NCBI GenBank assembly: GCA_030704615.1
Contig: CM060733.1
Coordinates: 31,930,001-31,994,000 of the forward strand
DNA length: 64,000 nucleotides
Direction: 5' to 3'
Source: Takakia lepidozioides
Lineage: Eukaryota > Plantae > Bryophyta
Shown: one piece after another, positions 12,138-23,159 of the stretch
Layout of the letters: every line of letters begins with the position of its first letter
Position numbering within the stretch: the first letter of the stretch is position 1
The notes under the pieces: model-generated
Database searches by the model: none
Seen by the model: the letters and a program-made list of their open reading frames with translations, nothing else
Told to the model about the DNA's origin: nothing
Position numbers and translations under genes: made by a program

Positions 12138-12935
12138 TGTAACTCACAAGGTGTTCTATGGCTTTAATAGAAGGAATTTAAATACATCAAATCTCAAGGA
12201 TATCATCATCAATGTATGCCAATACCATGCCTTTGAAAACCACGTCGTGCGCATACATATCGCTACACAACTACATCGACGTCCACACAACACATGTGCA
12301 CACCAAACACTAGTCTATCACTAGTCCACCACTAGTGCACCACTAGGCAACCACTAGTGCAGCCACTAGTCCACCACTAGGCTGTCACTAGCCAGCACTA
12401 GTGCAGCCACTAGTCCAACCACTAGGCTGCCATTAGCCACCACTAGTGCACCCACTAGTCCATCACAATCGCCCCCTTAGCTGGCGCTTAGGTCCATCTA
12501 AGTCCAGGTAGCCACAAGATGTGATAGTGGCCATAGCTTCACTAAGTCCTCTACCACTGTCCCTACTACATTCAAACTCGATAGATCAAGAGGCCGGGTA
12601 CAAGAGTTGTCCCATCGTTAGTCGCCGTCTTGCAACCTGTGAACTTGAGCCTGAGATCTCGAGTATTGACTCCTATGAGCTTGGCCTCTCATGTCTTGTT
12701 AGTTGCCACTAGTCATATCCACTGCCACTATCCCAAGCAGTGTGGACATAACCAATCTCTATTAGGAACCCTCTCAAGAGGTGGTGTCAAGCATCCCATG
12801 TGCCAACCTCTTGAGCATTGATCACAGACCAACATAGTGGCGGCACCACTAGCATGCCCACATAGCATGCAACGCAACCCTGCAGGCACCACTGCAAAGT
12901 TGGGATCTATCCTCCCATCCACATGTGGAATGTGG
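12138..12935 (-). mobile_element. 3' end of a Ty3/Gypsy-type retrotransposon: PHD-finger C-terminus, PPT and putative 3' LTR (~12138-12467)
   Basis: On the - strand, a PHD ORF is followed by the purine tract AAGGGGGCGAT and then TGTGATG (12467). A candidate LTR end ...GAGTTACA lies at 12138. The LTR contains CCACTAG tandem repeats (12307-12460). Confidence 0.55.
12728..12935 (-). CDS. PHD finger fragment (C4HC3)
   Basis: CMLC...LVCDQCSRGWHMGCLTPPL..VP..DWLCPHC is a complete PHD consensus. Confidence 0.9.
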
Positions 12936-14205
12936 TACAATTCCAGTTTTGATAATGTCACCATGAACCTCTTTGACCATTCCCAGGGCTGCTAGGCTCG
13001 CATATGCATATTATAAACACAAATGAACATAACCTGGTCTGGCTTCATCCCTTCCCACATCATTTCCACCAGGGGAATGTTCAGAGTACAATTCCAGCTT
13101 AGGTAATGTCACCATGAACCTCTTTGACCATTCCCAGGGCTACTAGGCTTGCATATGCATATTATAAACACAAATGAACATGACCTGGTCTGGCTTCATC
13201 CCTTCCCACATCATTTTCTCTTAGGTTTCCAAAGCCTAAATCCCATACCCATGCTGCACATACCTTGCAATCGTGGCACTCCAAAACACCACATCTCGTT
13301 CAGCCATATTGTCGAACTTTCCTTTCGCATCAAGCTTGCTGCATCCACATTTGGCATACATGTCCACCAGGGCAGTGTTCAGAATGACATCTGGTACAAA
13401 TCCAGCTTTGATGATGTCACCATAGACCTCTTTTCGTTTTTCCAAAACTCCCAAGCTTGCACACGCATTACAAACACAAACAAACATAATGTGGTTGGGC
13501 TTCATCCCTTCGCACGAGCAGTGCTCATAGATCGTGATCAAAGATTGTTGAGGCATTCTGATGAACACTTGGTAAGCATCCATGATGCTCCTGCACTTGA
13601 CATACATGGAGACAAGGATGTTGAGTAGAAAAATATTTGGCGTGCATCCACTTTAGATAATGTGAGTGTGCACCTGCTTTCCAACGTCCAAACCTTCCAT
13701 CTTGATGCACTTAAGCAAGGGACAGACATACGTACCTGAATCTACTGAAATGCCTCATTGGTTTAAAGTCTGTAGAACCGTTGTTAGTGTGCCTGCCGCA
13801 AAGCATCTTCACATGCCCAGAAGTGCCAGAAGAAGCATTGTGGACTCCCTTTCTTGATCCTCTTTCAGAAGCTGTGGTCATGGTTGAGGTGCTTGGTTTT
13901 ATGAACTGTGCCGCTGCAGCTGCAACCTTTACTTGACCGTCTACCCATGCAGGTTTCTTGTAGCTATTGCTCCACATGGAATCACATCTGGTACAATTCC
14001 AGCTTTGACGATGCAATCATGCACCTCTTTGCCTTTTTCCAGGGCTGCCAGGCTTGCACGCGCACTGCAAACGCACACAAACCTGATGTGGTCGGGCTTC
14101 ACCCTTCCCCAATCATTTGCTCATAGGTCTCCAAAGCCTCCATCCCGTGCCCCTACTGTGCATACCCTGCAAGCATTGTGTTCCATGACACCACATCTTG
14201 TTCAG
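12936..14205 (-). pseudogene. PLS-class pentatricopeptide repeat (PPR) gene relic
   Basis: GMKPNHIMFVCVCNACASLGVLEKRKEVYGDIIKAGFVPDVILNTALVDMYAKCG...DVVFWSATIARYVQHG shows L/S/P motifs. Many frameshifts, and a ~150 bp internal duplication (12937-13064 vs 13087-13214). Confidence 0.9.
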
Positions 14206-14239
14206 CCAGAGTGTGAAAAACTCCCTTTCACAACTGCAA

Positions 14240-14690
14240 AAAGGGGGGGTTAGTGACGGCAACCGTGCCCCTACGCGTGGCGCTTAGCGTGACGTCGGCG
14301 CCACGGTGCCGATTTGTGACGCCGAGGCGTGGCACGGCGGCGCCCCGACACTGCTTGTGACGCTGCCGCGTAGCAACCCAGCGCCCAGGTGGCGCCGGGA
14401 TTATCCTGCGACGGCGGGACGTGGCAAGGTGGCCTCAAGGGCAAGAGGTAGCCTTTTTTTGCCACGCCTGGCCGTCGCAAAGGGGGGCGGCCCCACTTGC
14501 CACGCTAGGGCGTGGCAAGGTGGCTTGAAGGAGGAAAAGGCCTTTGCGACGACCGGACGTGACAAGGTGGCTTGAAGGAGGAAAAAACCTTTGTGATGAC
14601 CGGGCGTGGCAAGGGGGTATTGCGACTGGTTTTTTTGGCTTGCCACGGCGGGGGGTGGCAAGGGGGGGCGGTCTTTTTTTGAGTTAAGGG
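14240..14690. repeat. GC-rich cluster of CGTGGCAAGG(TGGC) repeats, probably the subterminal region of an unclassified DNA transposon
   Basis: A 47-bp tandem unit at 14511-14613 plus dispersed copies in both orientations. An acidic ORF tail follows at 15039-15278 (-). Confidence 0.5.
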
Positions 14691-15734
14691 GCAGGGAAAG
14701 GGTGGGGTGGGGACGGGGAATGGGACTCTAGGGGGGGGGGCGAGGGGCCTCCTCTCTGTTTTTTTTTCTTTGCCCCCATCTCTCTCTCTCTCTCTCTCTC
14801 TCCTGGTTGTTAATAGATTTGTTTGCATCATCATCATCATCATCGAGAGAGAGAGAGATGATTGCAAGACCATTGATGAATCATAGAAATAAGCTACAAT
14901 ATGCATGTACATGTACAATCAATCGAAGAAATGGGTACAGTTCGGTGCGAGAATTCTTATGTAGCTTTGATTACTTGTCTAATCAACTTGAACATCATCA
15001 TCCGGAGCTTTTTCATCCTCATCAAGCTGTAAGTCTTCTTAGTCATCGGAGTCATCGTCATAAATGGCCCGGCCCTCAAAAGGCACCTCCGAATCATCCT
15101 CCACCTCGTTGTCAATGGTCATGTCTTCATTTTCTTGTCCAACATCTGTATCTTCTGGAACTTCATCATATAGGGTCCGGGATGCGTTCTCTGGGACGTT
15201 ATCATCTTCCTCTACCCCCTCTACCCCCTCTACCCAACCTCCATGATCAGCATCATTATGACCAGTCCGTCCCTCCACCGTAATTGCCTCACCTCGTGAA
15301 GATCCGAGACCATGATAGATACGTCTTCCTCTTAGCTGAAACTAAGGGTGCCATTTTTAATTCAACCCAAATCCACTTTTATGTGGACTAATTATCTTAG
15401 GAATTGAGAGCTATGGACTTTTTTTCACCTAAAAACATGTTGATTTGCTTTAGTCCATAACATCTTATGTTTTGGGTTTTTGAGGTGTCTTCTTTTACTA
15501 AAAATGCATACAAACCTATAATCTAGAGGTGCTAGGTGGTATATGGACAAGTGGTTGTAAACTCTAGATTTTGATGTCTAAATGTTTTTATAAATTAAAG
15601 ATTAAAATATCTAGTAAAGAATATTTTCAATCTTTGAGGGGGACTCCTTACTAAAAATGTTATATATACTATTATCTATTTTTTTTTTAAATAAACTGAA
15701 AGCAATAGATTCAAATTTTTTTTTTCCATGGACT

Positions 15735-17230
15735 TCCAATGGACTCAACATGTGCCGCTTTTGATCCACCCAATCTTTTTTGTGGCCTGCAGCTTGTGAA
15801 GGAAGGCCACTGTTGGAGAGGTGAGGTTGTTTCCCGAATTCTGCCACATTTCTTTCAACAACAGGATGTGCTCTTCTTTCTTCAGAATAGTTGTGTTGAG
15901 CTTAAAATACCCCCGACCTCTAGAGTGCGCTCCTAGTGGGGTAAACACAACAGCCACCGATGCTTGGTCGAAGTCCGGCAAAATTGGAGCTTGTGGGAGA
16001 CATTTTCACCAAGAAAGGGGGGAGTGCGAGTAGTACACTCCATCCAGGCGAGCCATGCTCAAGTTTGGTGGCTGCCTCAAATTTGACCAGGTGAAGTTCA
16101 AGCCCAGTGCAGAGTCAGAGATAGCATCAATCAACCCAACCGTGAAGCATAACCTGTCCAACACCACCTGCTCAACATCTGACAGGAAGTGAGATGAGTG
16201 CGCGAGCCGGTCGGAAAAACTATCCACCATGTTGAAATCTCCCGCTAAGATCCAATTAGTGACCAGGGATAAGTTGACAATTTTGTCCTGACTGAATCCC
16301 ACAAGGCAGCTCTATCCAGGGAAGAGTTAGGTGCGTACACGTTGAGGAAGGCGGTGGACCTGAAGGACGAAGTAGGTTCAGTAAAGAGGCATTGAATTCG
16401 TCCCTGCATCCAAATCTGAACCTCCTTGATGGACGAAGTAGGAAAAATAAGAATGGCAGTGCCCCCTCGCGAGGCTGCAACCGTGGGGTTCCACCAAGAA
16501 AGGTTGCCTGGCCAAAAGGTGTTCCCAATAGAACTTATCTTAGCAGCATCCAATTTAGTTTCTTGCAGGAAGATGATGGAAGATGACAACATCAAGGAGG
16601 AGGCCCACGCTTGATTTTCCTTCGCTTGGGCCCTGAGGCATCTGATCCAATGCCTCGGATGGTCCACGAGTGCATGAACCATGTCAGGTTGGAAACAATG
16701 AGCAGCCCATGGATGCGGTCCATGATTTGATGGCTGGTGATGACAGGTAGGGTTTCCATCTGGAAAAATACAGACAGCAGGAAACAAGTGGAGACAAATG
16801 CAGGCCCATAGCCTTCTGAAGCAAGAGAATCTAAGACTTGCACTATCAACCATCACTGTCAAGCTGAAGGCATCATTAGATATAGAAAATAAGAGGGATA
16901 AGGCACTGCCGTTCCAGATCGGGGTTTCATGCAAGCGATAATCGTCCCAGGGATTGAGGGAGAATCGGAACGGGGCAGCATTGGAGAAGGCAAGAGTCCA
17001 GGTATAACTGCCACCAGTTCTGTCGGAGGATGAGAGCAAGCCATGGAACAGGAACAGATGGAAGGGGAGGGAGTTCCTTGTCAAGAGCTATGTTTGACAG
17101 GGAGAAAGCAGCCACCTTGATAGAACCATCCATATGGGCACTGTAGAGATGGCTTCTAGCAAAGAGTAAGGCCCGTGTTTCTCCACTCAGGCTAGTATCC
17201 ATGATGTGAATCTCCTCATGTGCCCACACC
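15735..17230 (-). mobile_element. L1-type LINE fragment: ORF2 apurinic-like endonuclease region, degenerate
   Basis: IIFLQETK, SRGGTAIL, LNVYAPN, WILAGDFN, FTWSN and ARLDGVY motifs split across frames. Confidence 0.88.
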
Positions 17231-18047
17231 TCTGGGTTCTACAGAATCTTACTAGGTTTACTAACAGCACAAATATCTATTCAAGCCTGCACATCCACAT
17301 CAGAATCAAATCCTGACTTTACTGCCCACTCAACCAGAAACACAGACTAGTCATAAACCAACAACCCTAGCTCAATTCGGATATCCTTGGTGTACTGTCA
17401 ATGTCGAGTTGAGATAAAGGCTCATTACTCAAGGCTCTTGATAATGTAGACTTTGAGTTAGAGTTGAAGGGTGTAAAGGTGATTGCAGGGTTCTCTATGT
17501 GTTGATTCTATATCATCCTCTGCCTGATTATCATGATTCTGCTCCAAAATGTCAAAGAAAACTTCAAATCAAAGCACACCACTTCCAAGGAAAATAAATG
17601 GTGCACGAGACATATTGAGCTCGTTGAGGGGCTATTTACAAGGGTGTGGAGCAATTCTTTGGTTGTCCATGTCACTCGCTTAAAGGGCCGTGTACACTAT
17701 ATGTCCATCAGGTGCTGATCGACCTCTTCTTCCATCCGACTGTGCTTGATTTCTGCCCGAGCTTGGCAGCATGACCTCTCCACCTCGGAACTTTCAAGCA
17801 TGAAGCAATGTTCTTCAGGTTAACGCTCTGTTTCCCAGACTGGTGATTGGTGTGCGGTCTGGGAAAGAGAGATTCCGTCGCCGTTAATGGTGACGGGCTC
17901 CGTGGGTCGTCACCGTCCTCGGTGACGACGTCGTGAGCCGCCACCGTCCAAGTAGTATACGGAGGTCTAGGGTTTGAGGGGGAGGCGAAGGGGGGAGAGA
18001 GAGAGATGGCAATACCAGTGAATGGAATCGTGGCTGGGCCGTCTGGG

Positions 18048-19642
18048 ATGAGCTTCAATGCTGTGTATGAGGCTATTAAAGCAGGTCGATTTGCAGATCT
18101 GGCGAACATCATCGACACTCTTGAACTTGAGGTTTGCTATCAAAATTGGGGGCATGCAGCAGGCACTGGAGCCTCAAAGCCTCTGGATTGGCCTTATACC
18201 CTCACATTCTTGCCCATGTTGTCATCCATGATTTGTAAGTTCTCTCTTCTCAAATCATGAGGCCAGCTGACAGATCTGCCTGCATGTGTCGCAACCACTG
18301 TGAAAAGTTGTCTTTAAATAGTGGTGCCGCATGTTATCGTAAAGGTCAGGCGTGGAGGTCACTGTCATTTCAAGAGTATCGTCTTACTGTTGGAATTGAG
18401 TCCCAAATCCTGCACATGGATACTGACATTTTCCATCAATTTTCTTGTCTTACAGAGATAGCGCCAGATTTGTGTGGAAGCGCACACAGATTCGGCAAAG
18501 CAGAGTTGTCCAGAGTTGAGGGCGGTGTGGAAGATAGTGCAGTGCATGTGGACGCATGACCATGCTGGTGTTTATGAGGCCCTTCGCAGTTATGGCTGGA
18601 GCCCGGAGGTACAGTAAGTTGTTGCTGCAGTGGCCGGTGAGTGTCTTTGTTATGGGATCTGCACTCCATTTGAAACACTTACTGTCCACAATGAGATCGC
18701 AGGGGGTCCATTAGAGTCCACAGTCTATGGGATGGTGCAAGGATTGTGAAAGCTTCCCTGCTATTTTGCTCGGTATATGTGGTCCGGATGTTTTTTCTTT
18801 TTTGATAGAAATAGTTTCTGCACATACCAGGTGTTCCATTTGATGGATATGGTGGGTGGTTTTTGCAATGTTCAGAGGACTATTCGAAGGGTATGTTGAG
18901 ATTTCTGTCAATAGCCTATTCGACAATCAGTGTTGCAGATGCAGCTGGTTATTTGGGCTTGAGTGATAACAATGTGGTAACGTGTAAGTCTCTCTTTCCT
19001 TCAGGGATTACATCCGTAGAATCATGACAAGAACAATTGCTAAACCCAGTTCTGATCGCATGAGCAGCTCAAATTTCTAGGGGAACTGGGCAACACTAAA
19101 TGGTGGCTAGTTGAAATTGTGGGTACTAGGTGACACATGTTTGGCCTAGTATCTGTCCATGACCATTGTAAAGCTCAGTGCCCACTTCTATGCTGAAATT
19201 CTTGGGGTGAGTTTTGGCCTTTTTTTTTGTTTTGGTGTCGATGGAAGATGGCGCCACGTCCCCACTATACAGGATTCTTAGGGCCACTGGGTCATTAGGA
19301 GAAGCATTGGGCACACTAATCCTGAAGTCTCACTAAAGTGGCCCTGGGAAAGTATTATGCTCTTACCAGGAGGCATAGCCCTCTTAACAGTTGAAAAGGG
19401 CACTTCAATTTAGGCTGCCGCCTGTGGGTGTCTCTTGCTCTTCTTTGAAATGGTGTCTTGACATGGGAAGTGTGATGGGTGTGGTGGGTCTGCTGTCAGT
19501 TACTGTGCAGCAGCATGGATGGGTGCTGGATCCAGTTTCAAAAATGCTGACCGTGTGGCCAATGACACTAGCAGCCAACAAGAAGACTGATGCCAGCCAG
19601 CTGCAGAATCTGACTGAATATGTGTTCCATTTGGAACATTGA
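18048..19642 (+). pseudogene. CSN8: COP9 signalosome subunit 8 (CSN8) intron-containing pseudogene
   Basis: Exons read MSFNAVYEAIKAGRFADLANIIDTLELE, DWPY..HILAHVVIHD, DSARFVWKR..ELRAVWKIVQCMWTHDHAGVYEALRSYGWS, YSKGMLRFLSIAYSTISVADAAGYLG and GWVLD..LQNLTEYVFHLEH*, collinear with plant CSN8. There are two 1-nt frameshifts (~18201, ~18486) and an in-frame TAA at ~18615. Confidence 0.88.
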
Positions 19643-20233
19643 TTGAGAATCCTTGCAAGATCTCAAATTTTGACCTCACTTAGAGGGCTCTGTTACTTCT
19701 TATGGGTCGCCATAACTTGCCGACCCTTACTAACTGCCCAGCTGGGTTTCAGCTCTCATGAGTGGGCGAGTCTAATCTCAGTTCAACAGCAGTAGCTGAA
19801 AATATTCCATGCGCAAGCACGACAGCAATGTGATTCAGAACTAAGATTCAGAACTGTGCATTATGGGCACGCGGTGAAAAGATATTTCAAATGGGAGTAG
19901 TCCAATATTACAAGCTATGTCCATAAGAAAGTGTACACTGATGTTCTCAAGGGAATCTCTATAGAACCAGACAAATTCGGATCAAAATGGGGAAGGACTT
20001 GGGGAAGGCTTGTACAAATTAGTCAGTTCAACAGTACAGGCCAATGGCCCAGTGTTCTCTTCTCAGAAACTGAAAAAAGAGAGCCACACACTAATCTAAA
20101 ATGTGGTCTTGCAGCAGCTTGAACTTTACTAAAGTGATTCGACTGAGGAGAGCAGCTGGACCACCTGGTTGTATGCTCTGGTTTATTGTGATGAGATTAC
20201 TAGGGCTCTCACCAGGATTTGTGATTATGTGAA

Positions 20234-22892
20234 CTATTTTTTTCTTGTACATTGAATTATAAGGTTCCTTTCATGATTCAATTGAGGCTTCTTCTCCATT
20301 TGAAGAATGGTATCATTCTCGAGGGATTTCTCTGGGTTCCCTTGTCCCAGATTCTTGGCAGGCTTAACTAAATCGATGTCACCTTGGATGCCATCGGTGG
20401 TCCGCTTAGGTCCATGGAAGTTGTGCCTGGCCGCTACAAACCAGTAGGTGAGGCCAGCTGCAATGCAACCCATCAGACTGACAGGAGCATAATTGAAGGT
20501 GGAGGCAGTAGCAGCGTAAGCAGGCGGGAAGCAAAAGAGGACAGACATAATGGCACCCCAGAGAGCTCCCCAACCGCCTATCCAGATGCCATAGCGACTA
20601 AGAGAGAAAGGTCCTGCCCAGTGTTGGCCGGATATGGCATCTGGACATGCATACCCGGCGGTTATTTGCTGGTTATGCACATATGCATACCCGGAAAGTG
20701 AAGCCCCTGGAGGAACCGGCTATGGAAGGGAATTGGCTAAAGCCATCGAGCTTCCTAACCGGCTAGAGAACCGGCATTGTGATTGTAAGGGTGTTATACC
20801 CGGAGCAGGATCCGGAGCAAATGGGGATGGCGTAAAGGCGGTTCTAGATAATATAGGTATAGGGGTTGGTGATGGTAGTTAAGATTATTGCAGATGGACA
20901 GATCCAGGTTGTCTTACTTAGTAACTATATGTTCACAAGGGTTGGGGAGATTAGGTGCACAACATTGAGGATGTCCAAGTAAATAGGAAATTAATTAGTT
21001 GGGCATTTGGCTAAACAATAGTTATAAACTTGGTGTATTACAGGGGCAGCCTGAAGGCAGAGAGATAGATGATAGGGGTTGAACATTTGAACCCCAGACC
21101 CACAGGCCAATCCACGAGTGGCTGACCATTAGGCCACAGCCCTCTTGTGTACTTTTTCACACACATACACAAAAATGCTAGAGAAAGTAAAATTGTAAAA
21201 ATGGATGAATCCCATAACCGGTACCATGGAACTGGCAAATTTTAAGATGGCATAACCCGTAGATTGAGAACCGGACAAGAAAAAATTCATGTGTTTAATG
21301 AGAACCTGTAACCGAGATGTTTTTCAAACCTATTGATATACCCATCCATTTTTTTCAAGGAGTAGGCCATAACCGGACCGGAAGAGGGCTCAAAACATGG
21401 TACCCTGCCAACACTGGTCCTGCCTCAAATCTGTTGTTGAAGAGGTTGCGGCAGACAAGCACAATTGTGTAGGGACCGTAGGCAGTGATAGTGGACATGG
21501 CTGTAATAACAGTGAATGCAACGGAGCTGCCAAGCGATGGCAGTGTGCAGATGAAGGAGCCGATGACGGTGACGATGGTGGCATTTATGGGGATGCGCTC
21601 TTTAGCGGTGAGTTTCGTTAACCAGCACTGGGCGGGCAAGGCCACGTCTCTGGCCATGGCATACTTATGCCTGCAACATCACAGCGCAAGAGTAGCCTTT
21701 AGAAACAGCTCCGGCAAAGGTGGGAGGAGCATCTCAGAGCAAATGCCTTCAGGAAGAGTACAAGGTCTACAGAAAGTTAGAAAAGAAGCCTGGAAAAGAA
21801 GGCACCAATCGCCCACCCCTATCCCACATCATGATATCTTTTTCGAGACTATACCATGCGGGCAGTAAGGGTAACGTTTGTGATGTTTCCAAAGAAACGA
21901 GACACGGCAGACAAGGAGATGAAGGCGATGGCGCCTGCAGTGCCATGGCCATACTTGGCGTGGAATGCGTCAAAGAAAATCTGGCTGCCTGCTGATGCAT
22001 CTCCTCCTCCTGCCCCACACCCACCATAGCTTTTTCAGCTCACCGATGGATTTTCACCCTCCTCTACATTTCAACCTGCAAAAATGAAGTTTTTCTCTAG
22101 AGCCTTGATTTGAACTGACATAAATGTAATCTTCGGTGAACTTTGGTCCGCATCTAGCTGGGCCGGATGGGTTATTTACGATGTGAGTTCAAAACACTCG
22201 AGAAGTTGTTTTGTCAGACCTGGGTTGTGCGCCAACGTATAAATCTGCTGTATATGGTGGGACGGGAAGAGGAGGAAACAAATGGAATGGTACTTTATAA
22301 TGTCTGCTGGAAGCTCAAAGAGCTTAGGGCACAAGAGGAAGAAATGACATGGTACATTACAACTTCCGCGTAAAGCTCAAAGAAACAAAGGAAGGAGATT
22401 ACCTCTTCTAACCAAACATATATCACCCAAAAAGGCTAGTCCAAAGGGGCAATCACTAATCTGTGGCTGTGTTGGAACCCAAAACATTCTCGGGGATGTG
22501 GATGCAGAAGGTCATGACAAGGAGGAGAAGGAACTCGGTGGAGGCGGTCACATACACACTTTGATCATGGCGCGGGGGCCTGCCATGGCTGCGGTGGTCA
22601 CCTCTTCCACAACGTGTGACCCGACTTCAAAGCCCGTGAGAATGGACTGGGCATAAGGAAGCCCCAGAAGAACCACCAGCACTCCACTGCTGATGCCTTG
22701 GTCAGGAGCTTTGACGAAAGATGTGAAGACAAATTTGGCACTTTGGTAATGTGGGATGATGCTAATGAGAATGATGCAAATCACGACTATGGGAAATTTT
22801 TGGAACCAGGTGCCAATTGCACTTAGAATTCCCAACCGCCGCGTGCTGACAATGGAGATGAAAAAGTGCAAGATGAACAGGTCCGCCGTCAC
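20234..22892 (-). pseudogene. APC-superfamily amino-acid/GABA permease (BAT1-like), 5'-truncated and interrupted by an hAT MITE
   Basis: QSAKFVFT, TGFEVGSHVVEEV..AAMAGP, YAMARDVALP..IPINA..SLGSSVAF, F.AGP|FSL and FNYAPV motifs. The insertion splits the GPFSL motif. Confidence 0.88.
20619..21416. mobile_element. Non-autonomous hAT element (MITE), 798 bp
   Basis: TIRs CAGTGTTGGC...GCCAACACTG; perfect 8-bp TSD GTCCTGCC at 20611-20618 and 21417-21424; ACCGG subterminal repeats. Confidence 0.93.
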
Positions 22893-23159
22893 CCCGCAAA
22901 TCTATCCCATCCAACCAAATAGAGTGTGCAGATCAGCAAACTGTAACACCAACATACCGAACTAAAATATATATAGAGATCAGAAGACTGCAGTGTGTTT
23001 CTTCTCGTACAACTGTCTTTGGCAGCTTCGGAAAGTTGATCATCTGTGCAGGGAAATACTCAGGATATGGAGAGAAGTCTAGATTCCTGATATCTATTCT
23101 CCGTGAGCATAGCCGCCTTCGCTTTAATGAAAATTTATGTGTGCACGATCAGATATTGA

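Noticed and set aside
12728-13607. Functional PPR-PHD fusion protein
   Set aside because: The PPR reading frame differs from the PHD frame at the junction, and the PPR part is riddled with frameshifts.
14779-14858. (CT)n, (CAT)n and (GA)n microsatellites
   Set aside because: Short, ordinary simple repeats.
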